Below are positions 1 to 10,514 of a stretch of DNA of 64,000 bases, in pieces. The stretch is from Anaerolineales bacterium. Lineage in GTDB: Bacteria; Chloroflexota; Anaerolineae; Anaerolineales; Villigracilaceae. The stretch covers positions 36,299 to 100,298 of the forward strand of contig JBEULG010000028.1 in NCBI GenBank assembly GCA_041287425.1, written 5' to 3'. Position 1 is the first letter of the stretch, and each line of letters opens with the position of its first letter. The notes under the pieces were generated by a model. It worked only from the letters and a program-made list of their open reading frames with translations, did no database searches and was not told the DNA's origin. Both the position numbers and the translations under genes were made by a program.

Positions 1-408
1 GGCAAACGCCACCCCCAGCAGCAGCGCCGGGACGAGCGAGCCGCCAAAGATGGCCCAGTCCCAGAAATTGCGCCATTTGGGGCTGGTGTGCTTGGAACGG
101 AACTCGAAAGCCACGCCGCGCACGATGAGGCCGAGCAGGAGCAGGAAGAACGCCAGATAGAAGCCGCTGAACAGAGTGGCATACCAGTGCGGGAAGGCCG
201 CAAAGGTCGCCCCGCCGGCGGTCAGCAGCCAGACCTCGTTGCCATCCCAGTGCGGGCCGATGGTGTTGATGACGGCGCGGCGTTCCTCGTCCTTCTTCCC
301 GATGAAGGGCAGCAACATGCCCACGCCGAAGTCGAAGCCTTCCAGGAAGAAGAAACCGATCCACAAAACAGCAATCAGGATAAACCAGAGGGTATTCAGG
401 TCGAACAT
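1..408 (-). CDS. cydB: Cytochrome bd ubiquinol oxidase subunit II, N-terminal 136 codons; gene continues past the left window edge
   Basis: Not in the ORF track because it is open at the window edge. Minus-strand ATG at 406-408 is preceded by TAGGAGG. My translation MFDLNTLWFILIAVLWIGFFFLEGFDFGVGMLLPFI... is a typical CydB N-terminus. It begins 10 nt after the cydA stop. Confidence 0.85.
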   Translation of the reverse strand, partial: MFDLNTLWFILIAVLWIGFFFLEGFDFGVGMLLPFIGKKDEERRAVINTIGPHWDGNEVWLLTAGGATFAAFPHWYATLFSGFYLAFFLLLLGLIVRGVAFEFRSKHTSPKWRNFWDWAIFGGSLVPALLLGVAFA

Positions 409-417
409 GGCAGCCTC

Positions 418-1809
<1,392 letters not shown>

Positions 1810-1823
1810 ATTGACCTCCGAGA

Positions 1824-2273
1824 TTAAGTTTCGACCGGCAGAACGTTTAACCGCCCCTGCACAAAAGCGGCCTCGGCTGCCAGGTCGGCAAACGTCGTGT
1901 GTTCCAGTTCGTCCAAAATGGCCTGTTGTAAGCGTCCCCAGCGACCCCGCACGGGACAATGGCCTTCAAACGGGCAGGAGGCATCCCCCAGCATGCACTC
2001 CGAAAGCAAAACCGGCCCTTCGATGATTTCAATCACCTCGCGCAGCGTCACTGCGCTGGCCGGCCGGGAAAGTTGCAAGCCGCCATCCCGGCCAGGGAAA
2101 GTTTGCACCAGGCCGCCGCGCGCCAACTGGGCTACAATCCGGCCCAGAAAGGCGCGCGGGATGAGCATTTCCTCTCCCAACGTGGAGGCGGCCACCCGCG
2201 TCCCTTCAGGTCGGCGAGCCAGGGCTAACAAAACGCGGATGGCATAATCGGTTTGGCGGTTGATACGGAACAT
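1824..2273 (-). CDS. Rrf2-family transcriptional regulator with a three-Cys cluster motif
   Basis: MFRINRQTDYAIRVLLALA... is a typical Rrf2 winged-helix N-terminus. C-terminal SECMLGDASCPFEGHCPV supplies three Cys spaced as in Fe-S binding Rrf2 proteins. It ends 14 nt upstream of cydA. Confidence 0.88.
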   Translation of the reverse strand: MFRINRQTDYAIRVLLALARRPEGTRVAASTLGEEMLIPRAFLGRIVAQLARGGLVQTFPGRDGGLQLSRPASAVTLREVIEIIEGPVLLSECMLGDASCPFEGHCPVRGRWGRLQQAILDELEHTTFADLAAEAAFVQGRLNVLPVET

Positions 2274-2291
2274 GCCATTCTTTACTCATTC

Positions 2292-2305
2292 AGTAAACGT
2301 TTACT
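2292..2305. promoter_or_regulatory. Perfect 14-bp palindrome AGTAAACGTTTACT, candidate operator upstream of the Rrf2 gene
   Basis: Read directly. It lies about 20 nt upstream of the Rrf2 start in an AT-rich spacer. An overlapping TTACTcattcAGTAA inverted repeat sits next to it. Confidence 0.45.
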
Positions 2306-2369
2306 AATATTGTAATGTTTTGACCATCCCCTTCAAGCGACTTTTGTCACAGTCTGCAGGTGACAAAAA

Positions 2370-4073
2370 TCACATCAAGGTCATCGCGCAGCCGTCGGCG
2401 CGGGGGTCGGAGCCGCCGGTCAGGACGCCGGTGGCGGGGTCGCGCCGGATGACCTGCCCGCGGCCGAAGAGCGCCCGCTCCCAGCCGGTCACGCGCCGGA
2501 CCGGTTGGCCGCGCGCCGCCAAATCGGCCATTGTCTCCCCCGGAATCCCATCCTCCAGCGCCACCGTCCCGCCGGCCGTGCCGTCTTCGATGCAAAAGCG
2601 CGGCAGGTCGAGCGCCGTCTGCGGGTCGAGGCCCTGGGCGAGGGCCAGGAAGACCTGCACATGTCCCTGGGGCTGCATGAATCCGCCCATGACGCCCATC
2701 AGCCCGAACAGCACGCCATCGCTCTCACGGGTAATCATGGCCGGGATAATCGTGTGATAGGGACGTTTCCCCGGCGCCAGTGCGTTGGGATGGGACGGGT
2801 CGAGGCTGAAGTTGTGGCCGCGGTTTTGCAGCGTGAAGCCCCAGCCTTTGGGGACGATGCCCGTGCCGAAGCCCATGTAGTTGCTGTTGATGAACGAGCA
2901 GGCGTTGCCCCATTTATCTACCACGCAGAAATAGACCGTGTCCGAACCGGCAACCGGGACGCCGCGTTGCCGGTCGATGCTGGCGCGGCGCGGGTCAATC
3001 AGCCGGCGGCGCTCGGCGGCGTATTCTTTCGAGAGCAGGGCGGAATAGGCGGAATCCGAAATCTCCTCCGAAGTCTGGAGACTTCGCTCTCCGGGGTAGC
3101 GCGGGTCGGCCACGTACCAGCGGGCATCGGCGAAAGCCAGGCGCAGGGCCTCGATTTCGAGATGCAGCCGGTCGGGATGGAGCGGGTCGGCGGGCAGGTC
3201 GAAGCCTGCGAGCAAATTCAAGGCGATGAGCGCCGCGATGCCCTGTCCGTTGGGCGGACATTCCCACAGCCGCAGGCCGCCGTAGGTGACCGAGATGGGT
3301 TCATCCCAGGTGGAGGTGTGGGCGGCCAGGTCATCGAGGCTCATGCAGCCGCCCGCCTCCCGCAGGGTGGAGACGATCGCCTCGGCAATTTCGCCCTCGT
3401 AGAAAGCCTTTTTGCCGCCCTCGGCGACGACGCGCAGGGTGCGCGCCAGGCCGGGGTTGCGGAAAATCTCGCCGGGGTTGGGGCCGCGCCCGTCGAGGGT
3501 CATTTCTGCCCCGTTCAGCGCCGACTTCAACTGCCGCTCGGCGGCGCGCTGCCAAAAATAGGACGTGACCGGCGCCACCGGGAAGCCCTCCTCCGCCAGG
3601 CGGATGGCCGGGGCGAGGACGGCAGGCAGACTCAGGCTCCCGTGCCGTTCGAGCAGGTCGCACCATCCGGCGCACGCCCCGGGGACGGTGACGGTGTAGG
3701 GGTGGTAGGGAGTCAGTTCGCGGACGGCTGACGGCTGACCGCGGACGGCGGATGGTTCAGCGTTGGACAAAAATCCTTCGGCCCGCAACCGTTCCAGGGT
3801 CAGGGCAGCCGGGGCGCGGCCGGACCCGTTGAGGGCAGTGACGCGTCCGCTCGCGGCCTCATAGTAGAGGGCGAACATGTCGCCGCCGATGCCGGTCGAG
3901 GTCGGTTCGGTGACGTTGAGCGCCGCGGCGACGGCCACCGCTGCGTCGGCGGCGTTGCCGCCCCGGGCGAGAATCTCCAGCCCGGCGGCAGTCGCCAGCG
4001 GCTGGGAGGAAGCAACCATGCCGCCGCGTCCCATCACGGGCGAACGGCGGGAGGGGTAGAGTTGTTCGGGCAT
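2370..4073 (-). CDS. ggt: Gamma-glutamyltranspeptidase
   Basis: 567-aa ORF. GGMVASSQPLAT..GGNAADAAVA..TEPTSTGIGGD and the autoprocessing region DTVYFCVVDKWGNACSFINSNY are typical GGT. Confidence 0.92.
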   Translation of the reverse strand: MPEQLYPSRRSPVMGRGGMVASSQPLATAAGLEILARGGNAADAAVAVAAALNVTEPTSTGIGGDMFALYYEAASGRVTALNGSGRAPAALTLERLRAEGFLSNAEPSAVRGQPSAVRELTPYHPYTVTVPGACAGWCDLLERHGSLSLPAVLAPAIRLAEEGFPVAPVTSYFWQRAAERQLKSALNGAEMTLDGRGPNPGEIFRNPGLARTLRVVAEGGKKAFYEGEIAEAIVSTLREAGGCMSLDDLAAHTSTWDEPISVTYGGLRLWECPPNGQGIAALIALNLLAGFDLPADPLHPDRLHLEIEALRLAFADARWYVADPRYPGERSLQTSEEISDSAYSALLSKEYAAERRRLIDPRRASIDRQRGVPVAGSDTVYFCVVDKWGNACSFINSNYMGFGTGIVPKGWGFTLQNRGHNFSLDPSHPNALAPGKRPYHTIIPAMITRESDGVLFGLMGVMGGFMQPQGHVQVFLALAQGLDPQTALDLPRFCIEDGTAGGTVALEDGIPGETMADLAARGQPVRRVTGWERALFGRGQVIRRDPATGVLTGGSDPRADGCAMTLM

Positions 4074-4086
4074 CTGGACTCCGCAA

Positions 4087-4128
4087 GGCGTGATTCGTGA
4101 GGCGTGATTCGTGAGGCGTGAGGCGTAT
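4087..4128. repeat. Six tandem heptamers (GGCGTGA/TTCGTGA alternating)
   Basis: GGCGTGA TTCGTGA GGCGTGA TTCGTGA GGCGTGA GGCGTAT, read directly in the 54-nt spacer between the CNNM-family gene stop and the ggt start. Confidence 0.8.
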
Positions 4129-5441
4129 TATGCGGCGTTCTTGCCTTCCACGGCGGGTTTGAGCGGCAGAGTCGTCACCAGCACCTTGTCAACGCGGTTG
4201 CCGTCCATGTCCATCACCTCGAAGCGCAGGCCGCCCCATTCGAAATGGTCGGCAGCCTTCGGGATGCGCCCCAGGTGGGTCATGATGAAGCCGCCCAGCG
4301 TCTCGTACTCCTCCTCGGCCGGCAGGTGACGCAGGTTGAAGATTTCCTTGAATTCATCGTTGGGCAGCATCCCGTCCAGCAGCCAGGAGCCGTCCTGCCG
4401 CTGGGTGGCCTGCGGCTCGCCGCCGAACTCGCCGACGATTTCCTCCAGGATGTCGGCCAGGGTGAGCAGGCCCTGCACCACGCCGAATTCGTCCACCACC
4501 AGCATCAGGTCGCGCTGGGTCTCGCGGAACATTTCGAGGGCGCGCGAGCCGAAGGCGGTTTCGGGGATGAAAATCGGCGGGCGCGCCAGTTTGAGCAGGT
4601 CTTTGCCGCTGCGGATATTTTCCAGTAAGACGTCCTTGGCCTTGACCACGCCAAGGGGACGGTCGAGGCTGTCCTCGCCGACCGGGAAGCGCGAGTAGGG
4701 GCTTTCGGCCATCTTGCGGCGGATTTCCTCGACGGCGTCGTTCACGTCCAGCCAGACGATTTCGTTGCGCGGCGTCATCAGGGCGTTGACGCGCCGGTCG
4801 GAGAGCGAGAAGACGCCCTCCACCATCTCCTGCTCGCTCTCCTGGAAGACTCCCGCCTGCGTGCCCTGGTCGAGTTGGACGAGCAGTTCTTCCTCGGTCA
4901 CCGGTGCTTCGGCTACCTGCCGGATGCCGAACAGACGCAAAGTCAAATCGGTGGATTTGCCCAGCAACCAGACAAAGGGGGTGAAAAGTTTGGAAAAGAA
5001 CGCCATCGGCGCGGCGATGAACGCCGCCAGCCGTTCCGGGTTTTGCAGCGCCAGCCGCTTGGGAACCAGTTCGCCGAGGACGATGGAGAAGTAGGAGGTG
5101 ACGAGGACGCCCACAGCCACGCCGATAACCCGGCTGAAGGAGGCCAGGGCGGGCGAGACCTCCAGCCAGCGGATGAACAAATCCGCCGCCAGCGCGCCGC
5201 TGATGGCGCCAATCAACACGTCAATGACGGTGATGCCAATCTGGATGGTGGAGAGAAATTGGTTGGGCGCTTCGAGCAGCCGCAGGGCGGTCTGCGCGCC
5301 GCGCTTGCCTTCATTGGCCTGCTGCTGCAAGCGCACCTTGCGCGCCGAGAGCATGGCGGCTTCAGACATGGCCAGGATTCCGTTGAAGACAATCAGGAGG
5401 AAAATGGTAAGGATTTCGTTCCAGACAGAGTTCATAAACAA
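4128..5441 (-). CDS. HlyC/CorC (CNNM) family membrane protein: DUF21 + CBS pair + CorC_HlyC
   Basis: 437-aa ORF. The N-terminal transmembrane DUF21-like region, central CBS-like region and C-terminal RFEVMDMDGNRVDKVLV match this family by eye. Confidence 0.88.
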   Translation of the reverse strand: MFMNSVWNEILTIFLLIVFNGILAMSEAAMLSARKVRLQQQANEGKRGAQTALRLLEAPNQFLSTIQIGITVIDVLIGAISGALAADLFIRWLEVSPALASFSRVIGVAVGVLVTSYFSIVLGELVPKRLALQNPERLAAFIAAPMAFFSKLFTPFVWLLGKSTDLTLRLFGIRQVAEAPVTEEELLVQLDQGTQAGVFQESEQEMVEGVFSLSDRRVNALMTPRNEIVWLDVNDAVEEIRRKMAESPYSRFPVGEDSLDRPLGVVKAKDVLLENIRSGKDLLKLARPPIFIPETAFGSRALEMFRETQRDLMLVVDEFGVVQGLLTLADILEEIVGEFGGEPQATQRQDGSWLLDGMLPNDEFKEIFNLRHLPAEEEYETLGGFIMTHLGRIPKAADHFEWGGLRFEVMDMDGNRVDKVLVTTLPLKPAVEGKNAA

Positions 5442-5469
5442 CTTTCCGGCAAGGGAATGATTGCCGGTT

Positions 5470-6102
5470 TTATTTTACCTGAGAAAGGAGAATTTCAAAG
5501 ACTTCTACAGCCGGCGCGCCGCGTTGACGCAATGCCAGCAGAGTCCCGGCATGCGCCAATTCCAGCCCCAGATGGACACCGTCTGGAATGGCTTCTGCGT
5601 AGCGCTTCCAAAACAACCCCTCGGGCAATTGACCGTGATGCATGCATGCATCCTGCTCGGCAAACAAAGCGGTGACGATTCTCTCCAGGAGCGGGTCTGG
5701 ACCCGAAACCTTGATTGGCTTGCGGCTCATATACCAGTTCGCGCCGAGCAAATCCACGCTACCCGCGTAGGGGTCACGCGCCGCGTAGGCCAGCCTCCGC
5801 ACGCCGGACATGTAGAACGTTCCCATGCACATCGGGCAGGGTTCAGTGGTAGTGTAGAGCGTGCAGGTGTGCGGGTCCACCGCGTCCATGTCGAGAGCGC
5901 GCAGGGCTTCCACTTCAGCGTGGGCCAGCGCCGCGCCGTTCCCCGATTTGACCTTCTCGAAAATGCGGTTGCGGCCGCGTGTCAGAATTTCCCCCTTCGG
6001 GCCGGTCACCACCGCGCCAATGGGAATACAGTCATTGCAATAGGCCTCCCAGGCCAGTTCCAGACAGGCCTGCCAGGGAGACAGAAGTTCAGACCACTTC
6101 AA
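5470..6102 (-). CDS. CMP/dCMP-type zinc deaminase family protein with a C-terminal extension
   Basis: HAEVEAL ... TEPCPMCMG zinc-binding signature. The start overlaps the selD stop by 14 nt. Confidence 0.8.
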   Translation of the reverse strand: MKWSELLSPWQACLELAWEAYCNDCIPIGAVVTGPKGEILTRGRNRIFEKVKSGNGAALAHAEVEALRALDMDAVDPHTCTLYTTTEPCPMCMGTFYMSGVRRLAYAARDPYAGSVDLLGANWYMSRKPIKVSGPDPLLERIVTALFAEQDACMHHGQLPEGLFWKRYAEAIPDGVHLGLELAHAGTLLALRQRGAPAVEVFEILLSQVK

Positions 6103-7150
6103 TGCCCGTTCCTTCCACGACCTCGCCGATGAGCCAGGCCGGTTGATTCATCTCTTGCGCCCGTGCCAGGAAAGCGGCGGCTGCGGACCTCGGGACGGCC
6201 AGCAGCAGCCCGCCGCTGGTCTGAGCGTCGAAGAGCAGCATTTGCCGCTCTTCGGAGATGCCCTCGGCGAAGCGGACGCGCGGCCCGAAGTAGAGGCGGT
6301 TGTCGGCCGAGCCGCCGGGGAAGGTCCACATCTCGGCGTATTTCTGGGCGCAGGAGACCAGGGGGATTTTCTCCATTTCCAGGCGGAAGCCGACGCCGGA
6401 GGCCTCGGCCATTTCGAGGCCGTGACCGAGCAAACTGAAGCCGGTCACGTCGGTGCCGCCGCGCAGACCGAATTCCTGCGCCAGGGCGGCGGCTTTGTCG
6501 TTGAGGCGTTTCATCCAGCCGACCACTTCGGCCACGTCTTCGGGAGCGGCTTTTTCGCGCTTGAGGGCGGTGGTGGTGACGCCGAAGCCGAGCGGCTTGG
6601 TGAGCATCAGCACATCCCCGGCCTTGGCTCCGCTCTTCGAAAGATATTTTTCCGGATGGACGAAGCCCAGCACCACCAGGCCGTATTTCGGCTCTTTATC
6701 CTGCACGGTGTGTCCGCCAGCGATGACCACGCCTGCTTCGCGGCATTTTTCTGCCCCGCCGCGCAGAATCTCGCCGTTGACCTCCGGCGGCAGGTCGGGC
6801 GGGAGGGCGGCCACGTTGAGGGCCAGGAAGGGACGCCCGCCCATGGCGTACACGTCCGAGAGGCTGTTGGCGGCGGCAATCGCGCCGTAATCGTAGGGGT
6901 CGTCCACCACCGGGGTGAAGAAGTCGGTGGTGATGACCAGGGCGCGCGCCGAATCCAGCCTCCAGACGGCGGCGTCGTCGCGTCCGCCGAGGCCGACCAG
7001 GAGGTCCGGGAACGGGCCGGGCTCGAAGAGGGATTGGACCGGGCGCAGGACCTGCGCCAGCGTCTCCGCGTTGAGTTTGGATGCTCAACCGGCGCAACTG
7101 GAGAGGCTGGTCAGGCGAATCTGGCGTCCGCTGGGGGCAGGAACATCCAT
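6089..7150 (-). CDS. selD: Selenide, water dikinase with in-frame UGA (selenocysteine) at codon 22 (7085-7087)
   Basis: Track ORF 6089..6910 is the SelD body (VVDDPYDYGAIAAANSLSDVYAMGG...). Reading the same frame upstream gives MDVPAPSGRQIRLTSLSSCAG-TGA-ASKLNAETLAQVL..DDAAVWRLDS..ALVITTDFFTPVVDD. The TGA sits at the position of the catalytic Cys/Sec of the SelD GxG(C/U)xxK motif. ATG at 7148-7150 with AAGGAG upstream. Confidence 0.88.
7040..7060 (-). other. Candidate SECIS apical hairpin for the selD UGA
   Basis: The minus-strand mRNA reads GGCGCAG-GUC-CUGCGCC about 30 nt downstream of the UGA. This resembles the GCAGGUCUGC apex of the E. coli fdhF SECIS. The spacing is longer than in E. coli. 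Confidence 0.45.
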
Positions 7151-7170
7151 CCGACCAAACGATCTCCTTT

Positions 7171-8175
7171 CTAGGGGTTGGGGAGCGGCAGGAGCAGCGG
7201 CGTGTCGCTGGGCAGGTACATGACCTGGACGTTGGGAGCCAGCCGCTGGATGTATTCGTAGGTCAGCAATTCGGGATTCTCGCGCAGCACTTCGGCGAGC
7301 AGCGCCCAGGCTTCCGCCTGCGCCTGAGCGCGGATGATGGTAGCCTGCGCTTCGCCCTGAGCGGCGATGACGGCCGCGTCGGCCTGGCCCTGGGCTACCT
7401 GGCGGGCCTGCTCGGCCTCCTGGCGGCGCTGCTCGACCACGAACTGAGCCTGGAGCGCCTGCTGCTCGGCAATCTGTTTCTGTTCTACGGCCGCGGCATA
7501 TTCCTCGCTGAAATGGATATCGCGCAGCACGAAGTCAATCAGGATTAAGTCGTTCTCGGCCAGTTTGTTGGCCAGTTCGGCCGTAATCATCTCCTCCAGT
7601 TCGGCGCGCTTGGTGCTGACAATTTCTTCGACACCGTATTGCGAGGCCATGTCGCGGATGATGCCGCGCGCCAGCGGCCGCACGACTTCATCCTGGTAAC
7701 GGTCCTGCCAATCAATATGCAATTGAACGACCCGTTCCGGATTGACCGCATAGATGACCGAGGCGTCAATGTACACTTCCTGGCCGTCTTTGGTGCGGGC
7801 GCGAATGGAATCATCCCCGTAAACATCGCCCTCGGTGGTCGCAACCGACATCGTGTAGGTTTGGCGGGAGATGGAATACAAGCGCACCGCCTCGCCGGGG
7901 ATGATCCAGTGCAAGCCGGGGCCAAGCGCTTCCGTTCGGTATCCCTGCGGATCGTAGGGGGAAATGACCACTCCCCGCTCCTCCGGCTGGACGAAGACCA
8001 GACCAGCCGCCAGGAGAGTCAGCACGACGGCCAGCACAATGGCGCCGACGACCACCCCGCTCAAACCGCGCACGGGGCGGGCACGCCAGGCGCGCACCAC
8101 CGCCAGGACGACCAGGCCAGCAACCACCAGCCAGGATAGGGTCGCTACACCTTTGACAAACTCTGCCAAGTTCAT
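7171..8175 (-). CDS. SPFH/Band-7 (prohibitin/HflC-like) membrane protein
   Basis: ORF 7171..8295. Likely start is MNLAEFVKG (ATG 8173-8175, TAAGGAGG upstream). One N-terminal transmembrane segment, an SPFH core, and a Gln/Ala-rich coiled-coil tail. Confidence 0.85.
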   Translation of the reverse strand: MNLAEFVKGVATLSWLVVAGLVVLAVVRAWRARPVRGLSGVVVGAIVLAVVLTLLAAGLVFVQPEERGVVISPYDPQGYRTEALGPGLHWIIPGEAVRLYSISRQTYTMSVATTEGDVYGDDSIRARTKDGQEVYIDASVIYAVNPERVVQLHIDWQDRYQDEVVRPLARGIIRDMASQYGVEEIVSTKRAELEEMITAELANKLAENDLILIDFVLRDIHFSEEYAAAVEQKQIAEQQALQAQFVVEQRRQEAEQARQVAQGQADAAVIAAQGEAQATIIRAQAQAEAWALLAEVLRENPELLTYEYIQRLAPNVQVMYLPSDTPLLLPLPNP

Positions 8176-8316
8176 TCTTTCCTCCTTAGATTTCTCGAAG
8201 AGGGGTGAGAGACAACGAATGTTTCGGGCAAGGTGAAATTCATCTCCCTTGATTATACCGTCAGCAAAACGTAACGAGGCGGATGCCTTCCACATCCGCC
8301 TCCTGGTTCGCTTCCT

Positions 8317-9273
8317 TTAGCGCCAGATCCGGAACGAGGTGGTCGTTGTCGCCACCAGACCCCCTTTTTCTACGCGCACATCGACCTCGATCAGGCTGCC
8401 CGGCACCTGATCGCGCACGGGGATGTCGGGGATGACGGCCACGCCATTGGCATCCGTGACAGCGCGATAGGTTTGAGCCGGTCCATACGAAAAGTTAATG
8501 GTGACGGTCACTTGGGCGCCGGCAACGGGCGTAAGAGTCTGGTCCTGAACAATAATGAATATGCGCTGCGTGTCGTTCGGCTGGGTGACGGCCTTGCCGG
8601 CAAAAGCCGAGGCGCGCAAAGAAGTGAGAGAAGAATCCGATCCCCGCGTCACGATTTCGAGCGGCGCGACCGGCAAGAGCCGCAGGGGGTCTTCGCCGAT
8701 GCGGTCGAAGTAAATGCGGCCCAAATCGGACAGGGTCACATTCTGACCGCGCGGCCGTTCGGGATACCACTCGAAACGGGCGCGCTCGAAATACTGGACA
8801 ATGCGGCCATCCGACTGGAATTCGAAGGCCGAAATCGGATTGCCGAAACGCGCCAGCCCACCATGCGCATCGTAGTACGTCAGGAAGTCGTAACAAACCG
8901 AGAAACCGGTGGGGAACGAACGGCAGGCGCCTGCCACGTTGACGTTCAACGACGGCGCGCCAGGCGTATAAAGCAGAGAACCGAGCGGCGTCAATTGCAC
9001 CCGCTGGCCGAGGGGCATTTCCGGCCGCCATTCGAAGCGGGCACGCTGAAAATACTGGACCGTGATTCCGGCGCGGTCAACGAATTGCTCCGTAATCGGC
9101 GAGCCAAAGACCAATTCCGCTTCGGGAACGCTCTGATAGAAAGCATAGAATTCGCCAATCAGGTTGTGGCGCGTATCGGGGAAATAACGGCCGGTCGTTT
9201 GCTGGGCATGCACAGGCCACCCTGTCGCCAGCAAAGCCAGGCAGGCGAGAAACAATACACCGCGTCTAATCAC
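8317..9273 (-). CDS. Secreted hypothetical protein with a duplicated ~75-aa module and a C-terminal Ig-like region
   Basis: Signal peptide MIRRGVLFLACLALLATGWPVHAQQ. Internal repeat: ...VQYFQRARFEWRPE... / ...VQYFERARFEWYPE... The C-terminus is beta-rich. Confidence 0.7.
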   Translation of the reverse strand: MIRRGVLFLACLALLATGWPVHAQQTTGRYFPDTRHNLIGEFYAFYQSVPEAELVFGSPITEQFVDRAGITVQYFQRARFEWRPEMPLGQRVQLTPLGSLLYTPGAPSLNVNVAGACRSFPTGFSVCYDFLTYYDAHGGLARFGNPISAFEFQSDGRIVQYFERARFEWYPERPRGQNVTLSDLGRIYFDRIGEDPLRLLPVAPLEIVTRGSDSSLTSLRASAFAGKAVTQPNDTQRIFIIVQDQTLTPVAGAQVTVTINFSYGPAQTYRAVTDANGVAVIPDIPVRDQVPGSLIEVDVRVEKGGLVATTTTSFRIWR

Positions 9274-9334
9274 GAGACTTACACCCTGTTGCTTTCATTA
9301 TACACAATCCAGCAACCAGGAACAATATGAAAAT

Positions 9335-10504
9335 CTAACGAAAATGCAAGAGCGCCTGAACGATGCGTTCTGCCGCCCGCCCATCTCCAAACGGATTGAC
9401 CGCCCGCGCCATTTGCCGGTGCGCCGCCGGGTCATCGAGCAGACGGCTGGCCGCGTCGACAATCGCGGCCCGCTCGGCGCCAACCAGTTTCAGCACGCCG
9501 GCCTCGACCCCCTCCGGCCGCTCGGTCACCGCCCGCAGGACCAGCACCGGCACGCCGAAAGCCGGGGCCTCCTCTTGGATGCCGCCCGAATCGGTCAGCA
9601 CCATCGTCGCCCGCTTCATGAGATGCACAAGAGGCAAATAATCCAGCGGCGGCAGGAGGGTAATGTGCGGCGTTCCCTCCAGCAGCCGATAAACCGGCTC
9701 CCGCACATGCGGGTTCAAATGCACCGGATAGACGATTTCGACATCGCCGCGGCGGGCCAGGTCGCCCAGGGCCAGGCAGATGTTTTCCAGCGGCTGGCCG
9801 AAATTCTCGCGCCGATGGGCGGTCACCAAGACAAGCCTCCTGTCCCCCGCTCGAACGGCCTGCCCCTCCTCAGAGCGGCCGCCCTGCGGCTCGATTCCCA
9901 GCCTGTCGAGCAACGCCTCCACCTCGGGCGGCGCCGGCTGGCTGGCCACCACCTTCAGCGCGTCGATGACCGGATTGCCGGTCACCACCACCGCCGAGGC
10001 AGGGACGCCCTCGCGCAGCAAATTCTGGCGGGCCCACTCCGTAGGGGCGAAATGCAAATCGGCAATGACGCTCGCCACCCGCCGGTTGATCTCCTCAGGA
10101 AAAGGCTGCCAGCGGTCGCCCGTCCGCAAACCGGCCTCCACATGGCCGACCCGAATACGGCGGTAGTAAGCCAGCAGGGCCGTGATGGCTACGGTGGTGG
10201 TATCCCCCTGCACCAGCACCCAGTCCGGGTCGGCCTCAGCCAGGACCGGGTCCAGGCGGGTGAAAATGGCCGCCGAGAGTTCGGCCAGCGACTGGTCTGC
10301 GCGCATCAAATCCAGGTCGTAGTCTGGCGTAATTTCGAACAGGCGCAGCACCTGATCGAGCATCTGACGGTGCTGGGCAGTGACGCAAACCCGCGCCTCG
10401 ACCCCCGGCGCGGCGGCCAGCGCCCTGACCACCGGCGCCATCTTCACGGCCTCCGGGCGGGTGCCGAACACAGACAAAACCCGCAGCGGTGACCGCGCCT
10501 TCAT
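9335..10504 (-). CDS. wecB: UDP-N-acetylglucosamine 2-epimerase (non-hydrolysing)
   Basis: ORF 9335..10582. Conserved sequence starts at MKARSPLRVLSVFGTRPEAVKMAP (ATG at 10504). DSGGIQEEAP motif present. Confidence 0.9.
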   Translation of the reverse strand: MKARSPLRVLSVFGTRPEAVKMAPVVRALAAAPGVEARVCVTAQHRQMLDQVLRLFEITPDYDLDLMRADQSLAELSAAIFTRLDPVLAEADPDWVLVQGDTTTVAITALLAYYRRIRVGHVEAGLRTGDRWQPFPEEINRRVASVIADLHFAPTEWARQNLLREGVPASAVVVTGNPVIDALKVVASQPAPPEVEALLDRLGIEPQGGRSEEGQAVRAGDRRLVLVTAHRRENFGQPLENICLALGDLARRGDVEIVYPVHLNPHVREPVYRLLEGTPHITLLPPLDYLPLVHLMKRATMVLTDSGGIQEEAPAFGVPVLVLRAVTERPEGVEAGVLKLVGAERAAIVDAASRLLDDPAAHRQMARAVNPFGDGRAAERIVQALLHFR

Positions 10505-10514
10505 CCTTTTGCCC

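Noticed and set aside
3720-3749. In-frame 21-nt duplication in ggt (PSAVRGQPSAVR; GCGGACGGC repeated at 3720 and 3741)
   Set aside because: It appears to be a small surface-loop duplication inside an otherwise intact GGT, with no evidence of functional significance.
4087-4128. Short tandem repeats as a possible CRISPR array or minisatellite
   Set aside because: The units are 7 nt with no spacers. That is far too short for CRISPR, and no cas genes lie in the window.
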